Origin: a candidate division CPR3 bacterium GWF2_35_18
GTDB taxonomy: Bacteria; Patescibacteriota; CPR3; GWF2-35-18
Direction of reading: 5' to 3'
Assembly (NCBI GenBank): GCA_001771135.1
Contig: MESW01000008.1
Location: 2,373 to 66,372, forward strand
Length of the DNA stretch: 64,000 bases
Part shown: positions 1-8,746 of the stretch, in pieces
How positions within the stretch are numbered: position 1 is the stretch's first letter
Layout of the letters: each line of letters begins with the position of its first letter
Made by a program: the position numbers and the translations under genes
Notes under the pieces: generated by a model
Database searches by the model: none
Seen by the model: the letters and a program-made list of their open reading frames with translations, nothing else
What the model was told of the DNA's origin: nothing

Positions 1-1
1 T

Positions 2-136
2 ATTGTAGCTTATGGTGAAACTGTTGAAGAGGTGATTAGTCATGTAAAAGTTGAAGGTAAAACAATAAAAGATAAGCTTCCAGATCCGCGAGAAGTTCCA
101 ACCGCGATGAAACTTCCAGAGAATAAAAAGATTTAA
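2..136 (+). CDS. 3' end of a gene that starts before the window. Hypothetical, with weak resemblance to HicB/UPF0150-type antitoxins (motif GETVEEVI).
   Basis: Open frame from the window edge to TAA at 134-136. The translation ends ...IVAYGETVEEVISHVKVEGKTIKDKLPDPREVPTAMKLPENKKI*. Confidence 0.3.
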   Translation: MVAYGETVEEVISHVKVEGKTIKDKLPDPREVPTAMKLPENKKI

Positions 137-139
137 ACT

Positions 140-571
140 ATGTGTTTTCATTTCAAAAAAGATACCAGTAATAAAGAGTTTATTTTTTCATACCAATTTT
201 ATCGTGGTTGGTATTTTCCGATTATCAAATTTTATATTGCCAAAGACCAAAAGAGTAACCCCATTGCAATATCGGCTTTAGTTGATTCCGGGGCGAATTT
301 GTCGATATTCAATAAAGAAACAGCCGAAGTTTTAGGTCTCACTATGTCATCGGGAAGAAGACGAAGTTTTTCCGGAGTTTCAGGTAATAGTTATGGATAT
401 GAACATCAGATTTACTTTGATGTTCTAGGTCTGAAATTCAATGATGAGGTAATATTTTCCTCAAACATGGGGGCGTACTTTAATCTAGTAGGAAGAGAGT
501 CATTTTTCAATCAATTTGGAAGAATTTGTTTTGATGAAAATAACAAGCAGACAATTTTAGTAAAAAGATAA
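140..571 (+). CDS. Retropepsin-like (clan AA) aspartic protease domain protein.
   Basis: ATG start. Contains the D-S-G-A motif (ALVDSGANLSIF) typical of retroviral-type aspartyl protease domains. 143 aa. Confidence 0.55.
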   Translation: MCFHFKKDTSNKEFIFSYQFYRGWYFPIIKFYIAKDQKSNPIAISALVDSGANLSIFNKETAEVLGLTMSSGRRRSFSGVSGNSYGYEHQIYFDVLGLKFNDEVIFSSNMGAYFNLVGRESFFNQFGRICFDENNKQTILVKR

Positions 572-583
572 ACTTTAACATTT

Positions 584-1909
584 TTACCCTTTCAATTTTC
601 TAATTAATGCAGATAATTTAACTTTTTCCTGTTTTTTCTGCTGCATCCATTTGATTACTACTTCGTTTTTAGTAATTTCTTCCGGACCTAAAATTAACAC
701 GACTGGAATTACCTTACGATCTGCTAATTTCAGCTGCTTATCGAGTTTGACTCCTGGTTCAGGATATAAAAAGGTGTTAATTCCTGTTTCTCTAAGCTCA
801 TTTGCCAGTTTTATGGAGTCATTTTTAGTTTTTTCATTAAAAATAGTTACCAGAACTTGAGTACTGTTCTGCAGAAAATCAACCATTTGACGTTCTTTTA
901 GAACGATCATCATACGTTCAATTCCAAAAGAGCCACCGGTTGCGGGAATTATTTCATCTGTTCCCAAATACTTGCTAATGACATTATCATATCGACCGCA
1001 GCCAGCTACTGATCCGACATTACCTTCAGTGATTTCAAATTCCCACACCGGGCCGGTATAATGAGCCAGTCCTCGAGCAATTGTGGGATCAAAGCGATAA
1101 TATTTAGAATTTACTTTATTTGCCTCAAGGTAATTTAAAATTTCCTCAACTTCATCCAAAGCCTCACTAACCTTTTTGTTTTCCGAAAATTGCTTGCGGA
1201 AAGCTTTAATTTTTTCTTCATTTGTTCCGGATTGTTCAATTATTTTTACAATTTTTGTGGCAACCTCTTTGCTTAGATTTTCTTTGTTCATCAATCTTTC
1301 AATCACGCCATCTCTTCCAATTTTCCGGATATTATCGATCGTCATACAAACTCCGTAAAATTTATTTTCTGGAATTTGGTATTCAGAAAGCATGCCATCT
1401 AGTAATTTGCGATTCGATATTTGGGCGTAAAATTCCCTAAAACCGAAATTATTTAGAATTTCAATTCCCATCTGTATAAATTCCGCATCAGCAATCATAG
1501 ATGATGTACCAATTGTATCGGCATCACACTGCGTAAATTCACGAAGTCTACCCTTCTGAACATTTTCCGCGCGCCAAACTCTCTGAATTTGATAGCGTTT
1601 AAAGGGAAAGGTAAGTTGATTTTTGTATTGCGCAATTACCCGGCACATCGGAACCATGACTTCGTACCGCATCACAACATCGCGACCACCGTTATCGGTA
1701 AAACGGTAAAAAAGCTTTTCAGCCTCTTCGCCGGAAATACCAAATAGGGTTTCTGCATACTCTAAAGCCGGTGTTTCAAGTGGTTCGTATCCGTATTTTT
1801 CAAATACTTTTTTAAAGGTATTGATCACATATTCACGTAAGCGCATATCATCAGGTAAGAAGTCCTGAAAACCTTTTAAAGTTTGTAATTGTCGTTCTTG
1901 ATTACTCAT
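584..1909 (-). CDS. hisS: Histidine--tRNA ligase.
   Basis: 441 aa with class II aaRS motifs and a HisRS-like N-terminus (MSNQERQLQTLKGFQDFLP...). ATG confirmed at 1907-1909 on the minus strand. Confidence 0.95.
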   Translation of the reverse strand: MSNQERQLQTLKGFQDFLPDDMRLREYVINTFKKVFEKYGYEPLETPALEYAETLFGISGEEAEKLFYRFTDNGGRDVVMRYEVMVPMCRVIAQYKNQLTFPFKRYQIQRVWRAENVQKGRLREFTQCDADTIGTSSMIADAEFIQMGIEILNNFGFREFYAQISNRKLLDGMLSEYQIPENKFYGVCMTIDNIRKIGRDGVIERLMNKENLSKEVATKIVKIIEQSGTNEEKIKAFRKQFSENKKVSEALDEVEEILNYLEANKVNSKYYRFDPTIARGLAHYTGPVWEFEITEGNVGSVAGCGRYDNVISKYLGTDEIIPATGGSFGIERMMIVLKERQMVDFLQNSTQVLVTIFNEKTKNDSIKLANELRETGINTFLYPEPGVKLDKQLKLADRKVIPVVLILGPEEITKNEVVIKWMQQKKQEKVKLSALIRKLKG

Positions 1910-2211
1910 TATTAATCCTTTCGAAGATCTACTGTTTTATATATCACCCATAGACAGGAATTTACCATAGTAGATTCATTTTATCATTAAAGCATAAAAA
2001 CATAAAAGTATAGAAGCAATTTAATCATAACGAATTATTTATATATTCTTGTATTTTTGATCATTTTTCATTAACATATTCTTGGGCAGGGTTTTTGTTG
2101 CTCTAGTTTTTATTAATTAGAGATGACAATATATTCCATTTTCGGAATATTTTGAGGGCTTAGCTTAACCCTAAAGTTCTCAAAACCTTGCCTCTTTTTT
2201 GTTAAGACAGA

Positions 2212-2277
2212 GGAGGGGAACCACTTTCACAACGAAAGTTGTGTGGACACAAATGGTCCCCCTCTTTTTCTTTCTCC
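2212..2277. other. Compound stem-loop (outer 9-12 bp stem with an inner CACAAC-GAAA-GTTGTG hairpin) followed by a T-rich run on the plus strand. It sits between the GNAT 3' end and the hisS 5' end.
   Basis: GGAGGGGAACCA...TGGTCCCCCTCT pairs with one mismatch. The inner 6-bp stem carries a GAAA tetraloop. Downstream is TTTTTCTTTCTCC. Confidence 0.4.
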
Positions 2278-2282
2278 TTTCT

Positions 2283-3050
2283 TTAATGTTCCCAACCGCC
2301 ACCAATTGGGATTATTAGGTTTTTCTGTTGCAAAGTCTTTGGAGTAGCAGAGTCGTTATGCATGGTTACTCGTTCATAATATAGACCTGTAACATCGGTG
2401 CTCCAGTAACCTCGATGTTCATAAGTCGGATCAGTAATGAAAAAGTCTCTCTGAAACCCAAGTTTTTCGTAAAGCCTTACGGCGTTAGAAGCTCGTTCAT
2501 CAGTACGGAGAAATACTTTATTGATACAGCACGAGCTGAAATGACACAGAACTTCCAAAGTCAAAGCTTCTGCAATTCCTTGTCTTCGAAAATCGCTTCG
2601 GACACCGACCTCGTCAATATACCCAACTTTGCCAGCATACATTGGGATATGGATTTGAGTATTGATTAAAGATGATCCTATAGGAATAGTTAGCTCCAGA
2701 TCAGGAATGATAATCTGGATGTTAATGGTAACGGGATATCCCCAGGTAAAACCCAAAATCTGGTTATTTTTGCAGGCTAAAAATCCTTTAGCAAAAGGTT
2801 TTCCTAATTGGGTTTTGATATCATTCTCGACAGTAGAAACATCCCAAAAGGGAATTAATTCCTTGCCACAGTAAGGACAGGATTTTCCTTTGAATGAAAT
2901 GCCGAAGTTATTTTTATCGGTGGGGCATTGGGGGCATTTTTTCCATTCATTCCAGGGTTCGTCAGCCCAGATACGTCCACGAGCGTAACATTGAGCCAAT
3001 GGAGTCAAGTCTTCCCAAGTGAATGGACGGATTGTGATATTGGGGTTCAT
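2283..3050 (-). CDS. GNAT family N-acetyltransferase with an N-terminal CxxC...CxxC zinc ribbon.
   Basis: Acetyl-CoA-binding-like segment RRQGIAEALTLEVL...RLYEKLGF. Cys pairs CPQCP...CPYCG. AAGGAG Shine-Dalgarno upstream of the ATG at 3048-3050. Confidence 0.7.
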   Translation of the reverse strand: MNPNITIRPFTWEDLTPLAQCYARGRIWADEPWNEWKKCPQCPTDKNNFGISFKGKSCPYCGKELIPFWDVSTVENDIKTQLGKPFAKGFLACKNNQILGFTWGYPVTINIQIIIPDLELTIPIGSSLINTQIHIPMYAGKVGYIDEVGVRSDFRRQGIAEALTLEVLCHFSSCCINKVFLRTDERASNAVRLYEKLGFQRDFFITDPTYEHRGYWSTDVTGLYYERVTMHNDSATPKTLQQKNLIIPIGGGWEH

Positions 3051-3217
3051 TTTTAGTCTCCTTAACTATTAAACATTGAATGGGTTTAGGTATTGAATAA
3101 GAATGTTGGCGTGAAGTTATTCTTTCATCAGAACTCCTTCCTCGATTAGCTCGAGGTAATATGGGGAATGTAAGGTGCGAGAGTTTCTCCTTAATTTGGG
3201 AGAAGACTGGAAGAAAT

Positions 3218-4348
3218 CTAATTTCTTCCAGAGCTTTTCCTATTAAGAATTACGGCTTTGAAAACTTCTTTAGTCTTTTCCAAACTTTTAATATCAAGGT
3301 ATTCATTATTAGAGTGAGCAGTATCTTTATTACCAGGACCAAAGTTAATCGCTGGACATTTCCAATTATTGGAAATAATTGCTGATTCATAAAAACCTCC
3401 GTTTCCCAAATTTTGTCGATACTTTGGAATCAATCCAGTTTTAGAAATTGCTTTTTCTAATTTGTTTAGTCTTTTTCTATCGTTAAAATAAGGTTTTAAA
3501 TCAATATTGGTCTTTTCATTCTGAATTTTTAAATTTAGTTTTTTCGCCAAAGCTTTAATAATTTGTAAAACTTTTTTTGCCTCAAGGTTTGGATTTGCCG
3601 GTCGGATATCCAATAAAACTTTGGCAATATCGGGAACCACATTTCCTTGAATAATAATTTGATCGTTTTGTCTTTTTCCTCCTTGTAGAGCACTTAAATT
3701 AACTGTGGTTGATCTAAGTTCGGAGTAATCATTCCTTTGAAGTTCAACTTGTAGATTGAAAATCAAAGAGATAGTTTGTTCGATAGCATTAATTCCTAGA
3801 CTTGGTCTACCGGCATGAGCGGATTTTCCCAAAACTTCAAATTCAATTTCAATCACACCACGACAGCCATTCACAATTTCTAGATCCGTGGGTTCGGGAC
3901 AGATGACTAGCTCCGGTTTGAGTTTTAGTTTTGCTAAGATCTTTTCTATGCCTTTAAAATAATATTCTTCGTCACAATCAAAAATTAAAGCTAAATTATC
4001 CGTTGGGCCTATTTCCTCACAGGTTTTAATTACTGCGGCAAGACCACCTTTCATGTCGCAAGCCCCCAGTCCATAAAGTTTTCCATTTGTACTTTTTGGT
4101 TTCATTTGTGAATTATTTTTTGGTAAAACAGTATCAAGGTGGGAGAGAAAGATAAGTTTTGGATTATTACTATCTGTCGCAATCAGGTTATATCTTGGTC
4201 CTTCCACTATCTGTTTTTCTAGCTTAAACCACGGTAAATTCTGACGAAAATATTCATATAAAAAATCAGCTAGCCGTTTCTCATTACTTTTTTCATCCAC
4301 AAAAGAGGGAATAGAAATTAGTTTTTCTGTAAGTTTTAGTAAATTCAT
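3218..4348 (-). CDS. M20 family metallopeptidase (ArgE/DapE/peptidase T-like).
   Basis: M20 motifs (SHLDTV, GACDMKGG, the dimerisation domain). The ORF-track start at 4375 is a TTG. The in-frame ATG at 4346-4348 is preceded by GAAAGGA, so the start is set there. Confidence 0.75.
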   Translation of the reverse strand: MNLLKLTEKLISIPSFVDEKSNEKRLADFLYEYFRQNLPWFKLEKQIVEGPRYNLIATDSNNPKLIFLSHLDTVLPKNNSQMKPKSTNGKLYGLGACDMKGGLAAVIKTCEEIGPTDNLALIFDCDEEYYFKGIEKILAKLKLKPELVICPEPTDLEIVNGCRGVIEIEFEVLGKSAHAGRPSLGINAIEQTISLIFNLQVELQRNDYSELRSTTVNLSALQGGKRQNDQIIIQGNVVPDIAKVLLDIRPANPNLEAKKVLQIIKALAKKLNLKIQNEKTNIDLKPYFNDRKRLNKLEKAISKTGLIPKYRQNLGNGGFYESAIISNNWKCPAINFGPGNKDTAHSNNEYLDIKSLEKTKEVFKAVILNRKSSGRN

Positions 4349-4371
4349 ATTTTTCCTTTCAAAAATTAAAC

Positions 4372-4399
4372 ACAAAAAAACGGTCGCTTTCGCGCCGTT
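4372..4399 (-). terminator. Rho-independent terminator on the minus strand, in the 5' leader of the M20 gene.
   Basis: Hairpin AACGGCGCGAAAGCGACCGTT (plus-strand coordinates 4379-4399) followed on the minus strand by TTTTTTTGTG. Confidence 0.5.
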
Positions 4400-4569
4400 T
4401 CTATACGTTTCGTTTTCAGTTAAAGATTAAATTAACTTTACGAAACTGATTTATTTATGATGATGGAAATTAGAAACAATAATTGAAATGTAAAATTTAA
4501 GTAACAAATAAGAAACCTTCTTTTCAAGGTCTATAAATTCATATGTAGATAGTGTTTTTAGTTCTTTTG

Positions 4570-4854
4570 TCATTTCTTTTTAATTCGGCTTAAAGCAGTT
4601 TTATAACCGTTTTTACCGTTATTTAACCATTCATTGACACGAGTAACTGTTGTTGTTGAAGTCTTTACTTCTTTTGCAATTTCAATATAGGACATTTTTT
4701 TTTCAGCCAAAAGTTGAGCAATCCTCCATCTTTTACTGAATTCCTTGATTTCGGCTGAGGTCATCAAATCGCGGCAGAAAGATGCAATTTCCCCTTCATT
4801 TTTTAAAGTTTTAAAAGCTTGAAAAAGGCTTTTTTCTTCATTTGTCCAATGCAT
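4570..4854 (-). CDS. TrpR-like helix-turn-helix protein (YerC/YecD family).
   Basis: 94 aa. WTNEEK...SKRWRIAQLL...SYIEIAKEVKTSTTTVTRV pattern of YerC/YecD Trp-repressor-like proteins. Confidence 0.65.
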   Translation of the reverse strand: MHWTNEEKSLFQAFKTLKNEGEIASFCRDLMTSAEIKEFSKRWRIAQLLAEKKMSYIEIAKEVKTSTTTVTRVNEWLNNGKNGYKTALSRIKKK

Positions 4855-5050
4855 ATAGGTTTAGTAATATTCTTTTTATTAACGTATTAGCATGTTAATA
4901 TATACTAATCTTGTATAATTGTCAATTAGCTATTAGAGATTAAGTAATCCCTATCTCCCCAAAATAATAAGCGATAAAAATAAGCATTTATATGTATCTT
5001 ACCTGTTTGCAAATTTTTTGTTAAGAGGTTAGAATGACTGCAAGTATTTT

Positions 5051-5482
5051 ATGATTAATATTGTATTAATAAATATGTTAAAACCAGCAAAAACTAAAAT
5101 TGAATTGACTCAGAAAGATCTGAAGCATCTTTTCAAATTGGTGATCTTGGAGAAGATGATTTTAGAATCGCTCGAAAATAGTCATAATCCCGAAAATATA
5201 TCTTTGTATCAAAGATTAAAAACCTATTTTTCAACTAAAACAGAGAATTTGTTGTCTAAGGAAATTGCTCAATTTTTAGAAGAATATATATCTTATGAAG
5301 ACGCACAAGAGGTGGATATGATTATTGAAGAAGAAAAGGAAACGATTTTAAAAGTTTTGAAAGAGACTGAGAAAAAAGGTGTTAATCTCAATGTAGAAGA
5401 TCTTTTTAATCAGGTTAATCAGAAATTAAACGAATCTGGGATTATCCGAGTTCCTTTCTCAAAAAAGAAACAGAATGATTAA
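5051..5482 (+). CDS. Hypothetical protein.
   Basis: 143-aa ORF with an ATG start and low-GC native composition. No recognisable motifs. Confidence 0.4.
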   Translation: MINIVLINMLKPAKTKIELTQKDLKHLFKLVILEKMILESLENSHNPENISLYQRLKTYFSTKTENLLSKEIAQFLEEYISYEDAQEVDMIIEEEKETILKVLKETEKKGVNLNVEDLFNQVNQKLNESGIIRVPFSKKKQND

Positions 5483-6573
5483 ATAATCATAATTTTTTTA
5501 GGGCTTTTAGTTAGAACCTCCAGTTTTCCATTTTTCATCATCACCGTATCTTCAATACGTATTCCAAAATTATTTTGTAAATAGATTGCTGGCTCAACTG
5601 TAAAAACCATATTATTTTCAATTATATCTGTCGTGAACATTCCTAAAGAAGGTTTTTCATGAATCTCTAGGCCAACCCCGTGACCAAGGTTATGTGAATA
5701 TTGTTCACTCTCTTTTTTAAACCCATGTTTATTCATGACTTTTCGAGTTTCTCTGTCTATATTGGCACTGGAGATGTTTAAGCTTATCGTTTTTATAGCG
5801 TTTTTTTGTGCTTCCAAAACTGCAGTATAGACTTTTGACTGAATAGAAGAGGGGGTGTCGGTAAAAAAGATTCGGGTAATGTCACTAATATATCCGTTTA
5901 CTTTCGCTCCCATATCGATCATGATAAGATCACCTTTTTTGGTTTTTCTATGAGTCGGAGTGTGGTGAGGATTAGCGCTATTTTCAGAGATAGCTACAAT
6001 AATGGGTCTCCAAGCGATATCATCAGCTCTTTCCGTTCTGATAAAATGTTCAATTTTAAAAGAGATCTCTTTTTCGGTTAATCCTAGTTTGAGTTCATTT
6101 TTCAAGAAATTCCAAGCTTTATCAGTAACCGCCACAGCTTTTTTAATATTTTGAATCTCCATAGAATCTTTATAAAGACGCAGATCTTCGATCAAAGAAT
6201 CACTGGGAATAAAATTGATATGAGGGTTTTTTCCAATAAGGTAATGATATATCTTTACGGTCAAAAAACTAGTTTCAACACCTAATTTAGAGCCTTTTTT
6301 CATAAATTTCTGAAGGTAGTTACTAAGGGAATTAATCGGTGTAAGTTCATAAACTTCGAGATCTTTAATCTTCTTTTTTGCCGCATGATAGTAGAGTGAA
6401 TTTGTAAAGAGAAAGGCTCTATTTTTGAGAATCAAAATCCAAGCTTCATGTTCAGTTGGTGATAGACCAGTAAATCCTGAAAGATAAGTAATATTATACG
6501 GATTAGAAACCAAAATTCCATCTAATTCAGAACTTTCTAGTTTATTTTTTAGTTTTTCAATTCGCTGTTTCAT
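5479..6573 (-). CDS. Xaa-Pro aminopeptidase / M24 family metallopeptidase.
   Basis: Creatinase-like N-terminal domain plus an M24 C-terminal domain with HNLGHGVGLEIHE metal-ligand motifs. Confidence 0.8.
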   Translation of the reverse strand: MKQRIEKLKNKLESSELDGILVSNPYNITYLSGFTGLSPTEHEAWILILKNRAFLFTNSLYYHAAKKKIKDLEVYELTPINSLSNYLQKFMKKGSKLGVETSFLTVKIYHYLIGKNPHINFIPSDSLIEDLRLYKDSMEIQNIKKAVAVTDKAWNFLKNELKLGLTEKEISFKIEHFIRTERADDIAWRPIIVAISENSANPHHTPTHRKTKKGDLIMIDMGAKVNGYISDITRIFFTDTPSSIQSKVYTAVLEAQKNAIKTISLNISSANIDRETRKVMNKHGFKKESEQYSHNLGHGVGLEIHEKPSLGMFTTDIIENNMVFTVEPAIYLQNNFGIRIEDTVMMKNGKLEVLTKSPKKIMII

Positions 6574-6757
6574 TCTTGCTTAATTAAATTTTTATCTCTA
6601 GTTTGATTTTAACAGATTGAAAAAGTTCGGCAATAAAATAAACTTAAATCAAATGAAGTTAAATATATCGGTTTTCAGGTCACAACTAATATGATAAAAT
6701 GTAAATCCACAGTAAAGAAATATTAAGCCTTTCATTAATCTAAGGAGTTTAAACAGT

Positions 6758-7408
6758 ATGGAGATTCGTTATTTCGGTCATTCCTCTTTTCTAATACAAA
6801 CCAAGTCGGTAAACATTGTTTGCGATCCATATGGAGCTGATTTGGGTTTAAAGTTTCCCTCTGGAGTAAAAGCGGATATTGTGACTATTTCTCATGACCA
6901 TTACGATCACAATAATCTTAAAGATATTTCCGGAAATCCGTATATTATTAAAGAACCAGGAGAATTTGAGATCAAAGGCGTGAATATTTTTGGGGTTTCT
7001 TCTTTTCATGATAATAACGAGGGAAAAGATCACGGAATGAATACGATGTTTTTGATTGAGGTAGAAGGGGTGACTATTTGTCACCTAGGAGATTTGGGAC
7101 AAGCTCTTTCTACTAACCAGATTAATGAACTTGATGGAGTCGATGTTTTGCTTATTCCGGTCGGTGGAACTTATACATTGAATGCTAAAGAAGCTGAAGA
7201 AGTTATTCTGCAGATTGAACCAAAGATAGTCATTCCCATGCACTATGGCGTTCCAGGATTAAAAGAAAATTTGAGCCCTGTGGCTGATTTTCTAAAAGAA
7301 ATGGGTAAAGAAAATATTGAAGTTCAAAACAAATTAACGATTAAAAGCAGTTTAGATCTTTCTGAAGAAACCCAAATTGTGGTTTTAGAAAGATCCTCTA
7401 AATTCTGA
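6758..7408 (+). CDS. MBL-fold metallo-hydrolase.
   Basis: HxHxDH motif (ISHDHYDHNN) plus downstream His/Asp ligands. 216 aa. Confidence 0.75.
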   Translation: MEIRYFGHSSFLIQTKSVNIVCDPYGADLGLKFPSGVKADIVTISHDHYDHNNLKDISGNPYIIKEPGEFEIKGVNIFGVSSFHDNNEGKDHGMNTMFLIEVEGVTICHLGDLGQALSTNQINELDGVDVLLIPVGGTYTLNAKEAEEVILQIEPKIVIPMHYGVPGLKENLSPVADFLKEMGKENIEVQNKLTIKSSLDLSEETQIVVLERSSKF

Positions 7409-7428
7409 ATTAATTAGTATTTATATTA

Positions 7429-8742
7429 ATGTCTGATCCCAAAATACCTCCTCAAAATTTAGAAGCAGAAGAGTCGGTTTTAGGCGCGCTTCTTATTGAT
7501 AAGGATGCGATTATCAAAGTTGCCGATATGCTTCTTCCAGAGCATTTTTATAATGATGCGAACGGTTTAATCTATGAATCGATTTTAAATCTATATGAAA
7601 AAAGACAATCTGCGGATATTGTGACAGTTGCGAATGATTTAAAAGAGAAAAAGTTGCTTAAAAAAGTAGGTGGTAATTCTTACTTAAGTAAACTAGTCGA
7701 CAGAGTTCCCACTTCAGGTCATATCAAACATTACGCGGATATTGTCAAAGAACAATACGTTCGGAGATCTTTACTTCTTATGTCAGCTAATCTTTCCGAG
7801 ATGTGCTTTGACGGCAGAATAGAGCTACCAAAACTCTTGGACAAGGCGGAACAGAATATCTTCGGACTATCCCAACAGAATCTAAAACAGGATTTTGTGC
7901 CGGTTAAAAGTATTTTAGCGGATTCTTTCGACAGACTGGATGAACTACATCGCACAAAAGACTCTTTGAGAGGTATTCCAACTGGTTTTAAATCTCTTGA
8001 TAACAGACTCGCGGGATTACAAAAGTCAAACATGATTATTCTGGCAGCACGTCCCTCTCAAGGTAAAACCTCTTTAGCTCTAAATATTGCTCAGCATGTG
8101 GCTGTAAAAGAGAAAATTCCGGTTGGTTTTTTTTCACTAGAAACTTCTAAGGATCAACTTGTTGATCGACTTCTTTCAGCTCAGGCTAATGTCGATGCCT
8201 GGAGAATTATGACCGGAAGACTTGAAGAGGAAGATTTCTCTAAACTGGGTGAAGCGATGGGAGAGCTTGCGGAAGCACCTCTTTTTATTGATGATACTCC
8301 CGGACTTAGTATTATGGAAATTCGTACTAAAGCTCGTAAACTCCAAATGGATAAAGGGGTGAAACTACTTCTTTTGGACTATCTCCAGCTGGTTCGCGGA
8401 CCAAAATCAGAAAGTAGGGTAGTTGAAGTTTCTCAAATTTCACAAGGACTTAAGAATATCGCCAGAGAACTCAATATTCCTTTTGTGGTTTTGTCACAGT
8501 TATCACGTGCTATCGAGCAAAGATCTGATCGCAAGCCGCAGCTATCTGATCTACGTGAATCGGGATCAATTGAACAGGACGCTGACGTTGTAATGTTTAT
8601 TCATCGTCCTGATGATGAAAATAAAGAACAGGTTTCCTTAGTAATTGCAAAACATCGTAACGGTCCTACTGGTCAAGTCGACATGGTTTTTAAAGGTGAA
8701 AGAACGAAGTTTTTCGAAGTTGAAAAACAAAGAGAAGAGTAA
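7429..8742 (+). CDS. dnaB: Replicative DNA helicase DnaB.
   Basis: N-terminal DnaB domain (PPQNLEAEESVLGALLID), Walker A ARPSQGKTSLAL, Walker B LLLLDYLQL, and an arginine finger region. Confidence 0.95.
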   Translation: MSDPKIPPQNLEAEESVLGALLIDKDAIIKVADMLLPEHFYNDANGLIYESILNLYEKRQSADIVTVANDLKEKKLLKKVGGNSYLSKLVDRVPTSGHIKHYADIVKEQYVRRSLLLMSANLSEMCFDGRIELPKLLDKAEQNIFGLSQQNLKQDFVPVKSILADSFDRLDELHRTKDSLRGIPTGFKSLDNRLAGLQKSNMIILAARPSQGKTSLALNIAQHVAVKEKIPVGFFSLETSKDQLVDRLLSAQANVDAWRIMTGRLEEEDFSKLGEAMGELAEAPLFIDDTPGLSIMEIRTKARKLQMDKGVKLLLLDYLQLVRGPKSESRVVEVSQISQGLKNIARELNIPFVVLSQLSRAIEQRSDRKPQLSDLRESGSIEQDADVVMFIHRPDDENKEQVSLVIAKHRNGPTGQVDMVFKGERTKFFEVEKQREE

Positions 8743-8746
8743 TTAT

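Noticed and set aside
651-1440. Antisense or alternate-frame ORFs inside hisS (651..860, 1176..1358, 1222..1440). Similar nested ORFs sit inside other genes: 2415..2874, 6848..7084, 7731..8033, 14762..15547, 17155..18371, 18526..18998, 19530..19787, 24218..24403, 24804..24995, 26240..26539, 28652..29005, 29514..29708, 31892..32110, 34558..34815, 35629..36564, 37165..37398, 40703..41314, 42553..43202, 43842..44117, 45223..45462, 47678..48342, 50637..50867, 55218..55415, 58269..58454, 61060..62620.
   Set aside because: All lie inside confidently assigned genes on the opposite strand or in another frame. They lack RBSs and recognisable motifs. They are typical spurious ORFs, especially the low-complexity ones antisense to repeat-rich genes.
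1910-2282. T-box riboswitch leader upstream of hisS.
   Set aside because: No match to the conserved T-box sequence (AATTAGGGTGGTACCGCG) or a specifier-loop arrangement on the minus strand. Only a generic hairpin was found.
3218-4375. ORF-track start codons at 4375 (M20 peptidase), 36584 (RD-repeat protein) and 55992 (giant Kelch protein).
   Set aside because: These are TTG codons upstream of in-frame ATGs. The ATGs at 4348 and 36617 have good Shine-Dalgarno sites, so they were used. For the giant gene, the ATG at 55977 was chosen with stated uncertainty.
4376-4569. Regulatory RNA between the TrpR-like gene and the M20 peptidase.
   Set aside because: Only a single canonical terminator hairpin with a U-tract (4372-4399) was found. 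The rest is AT-rich spacer with no conserved structure evident.
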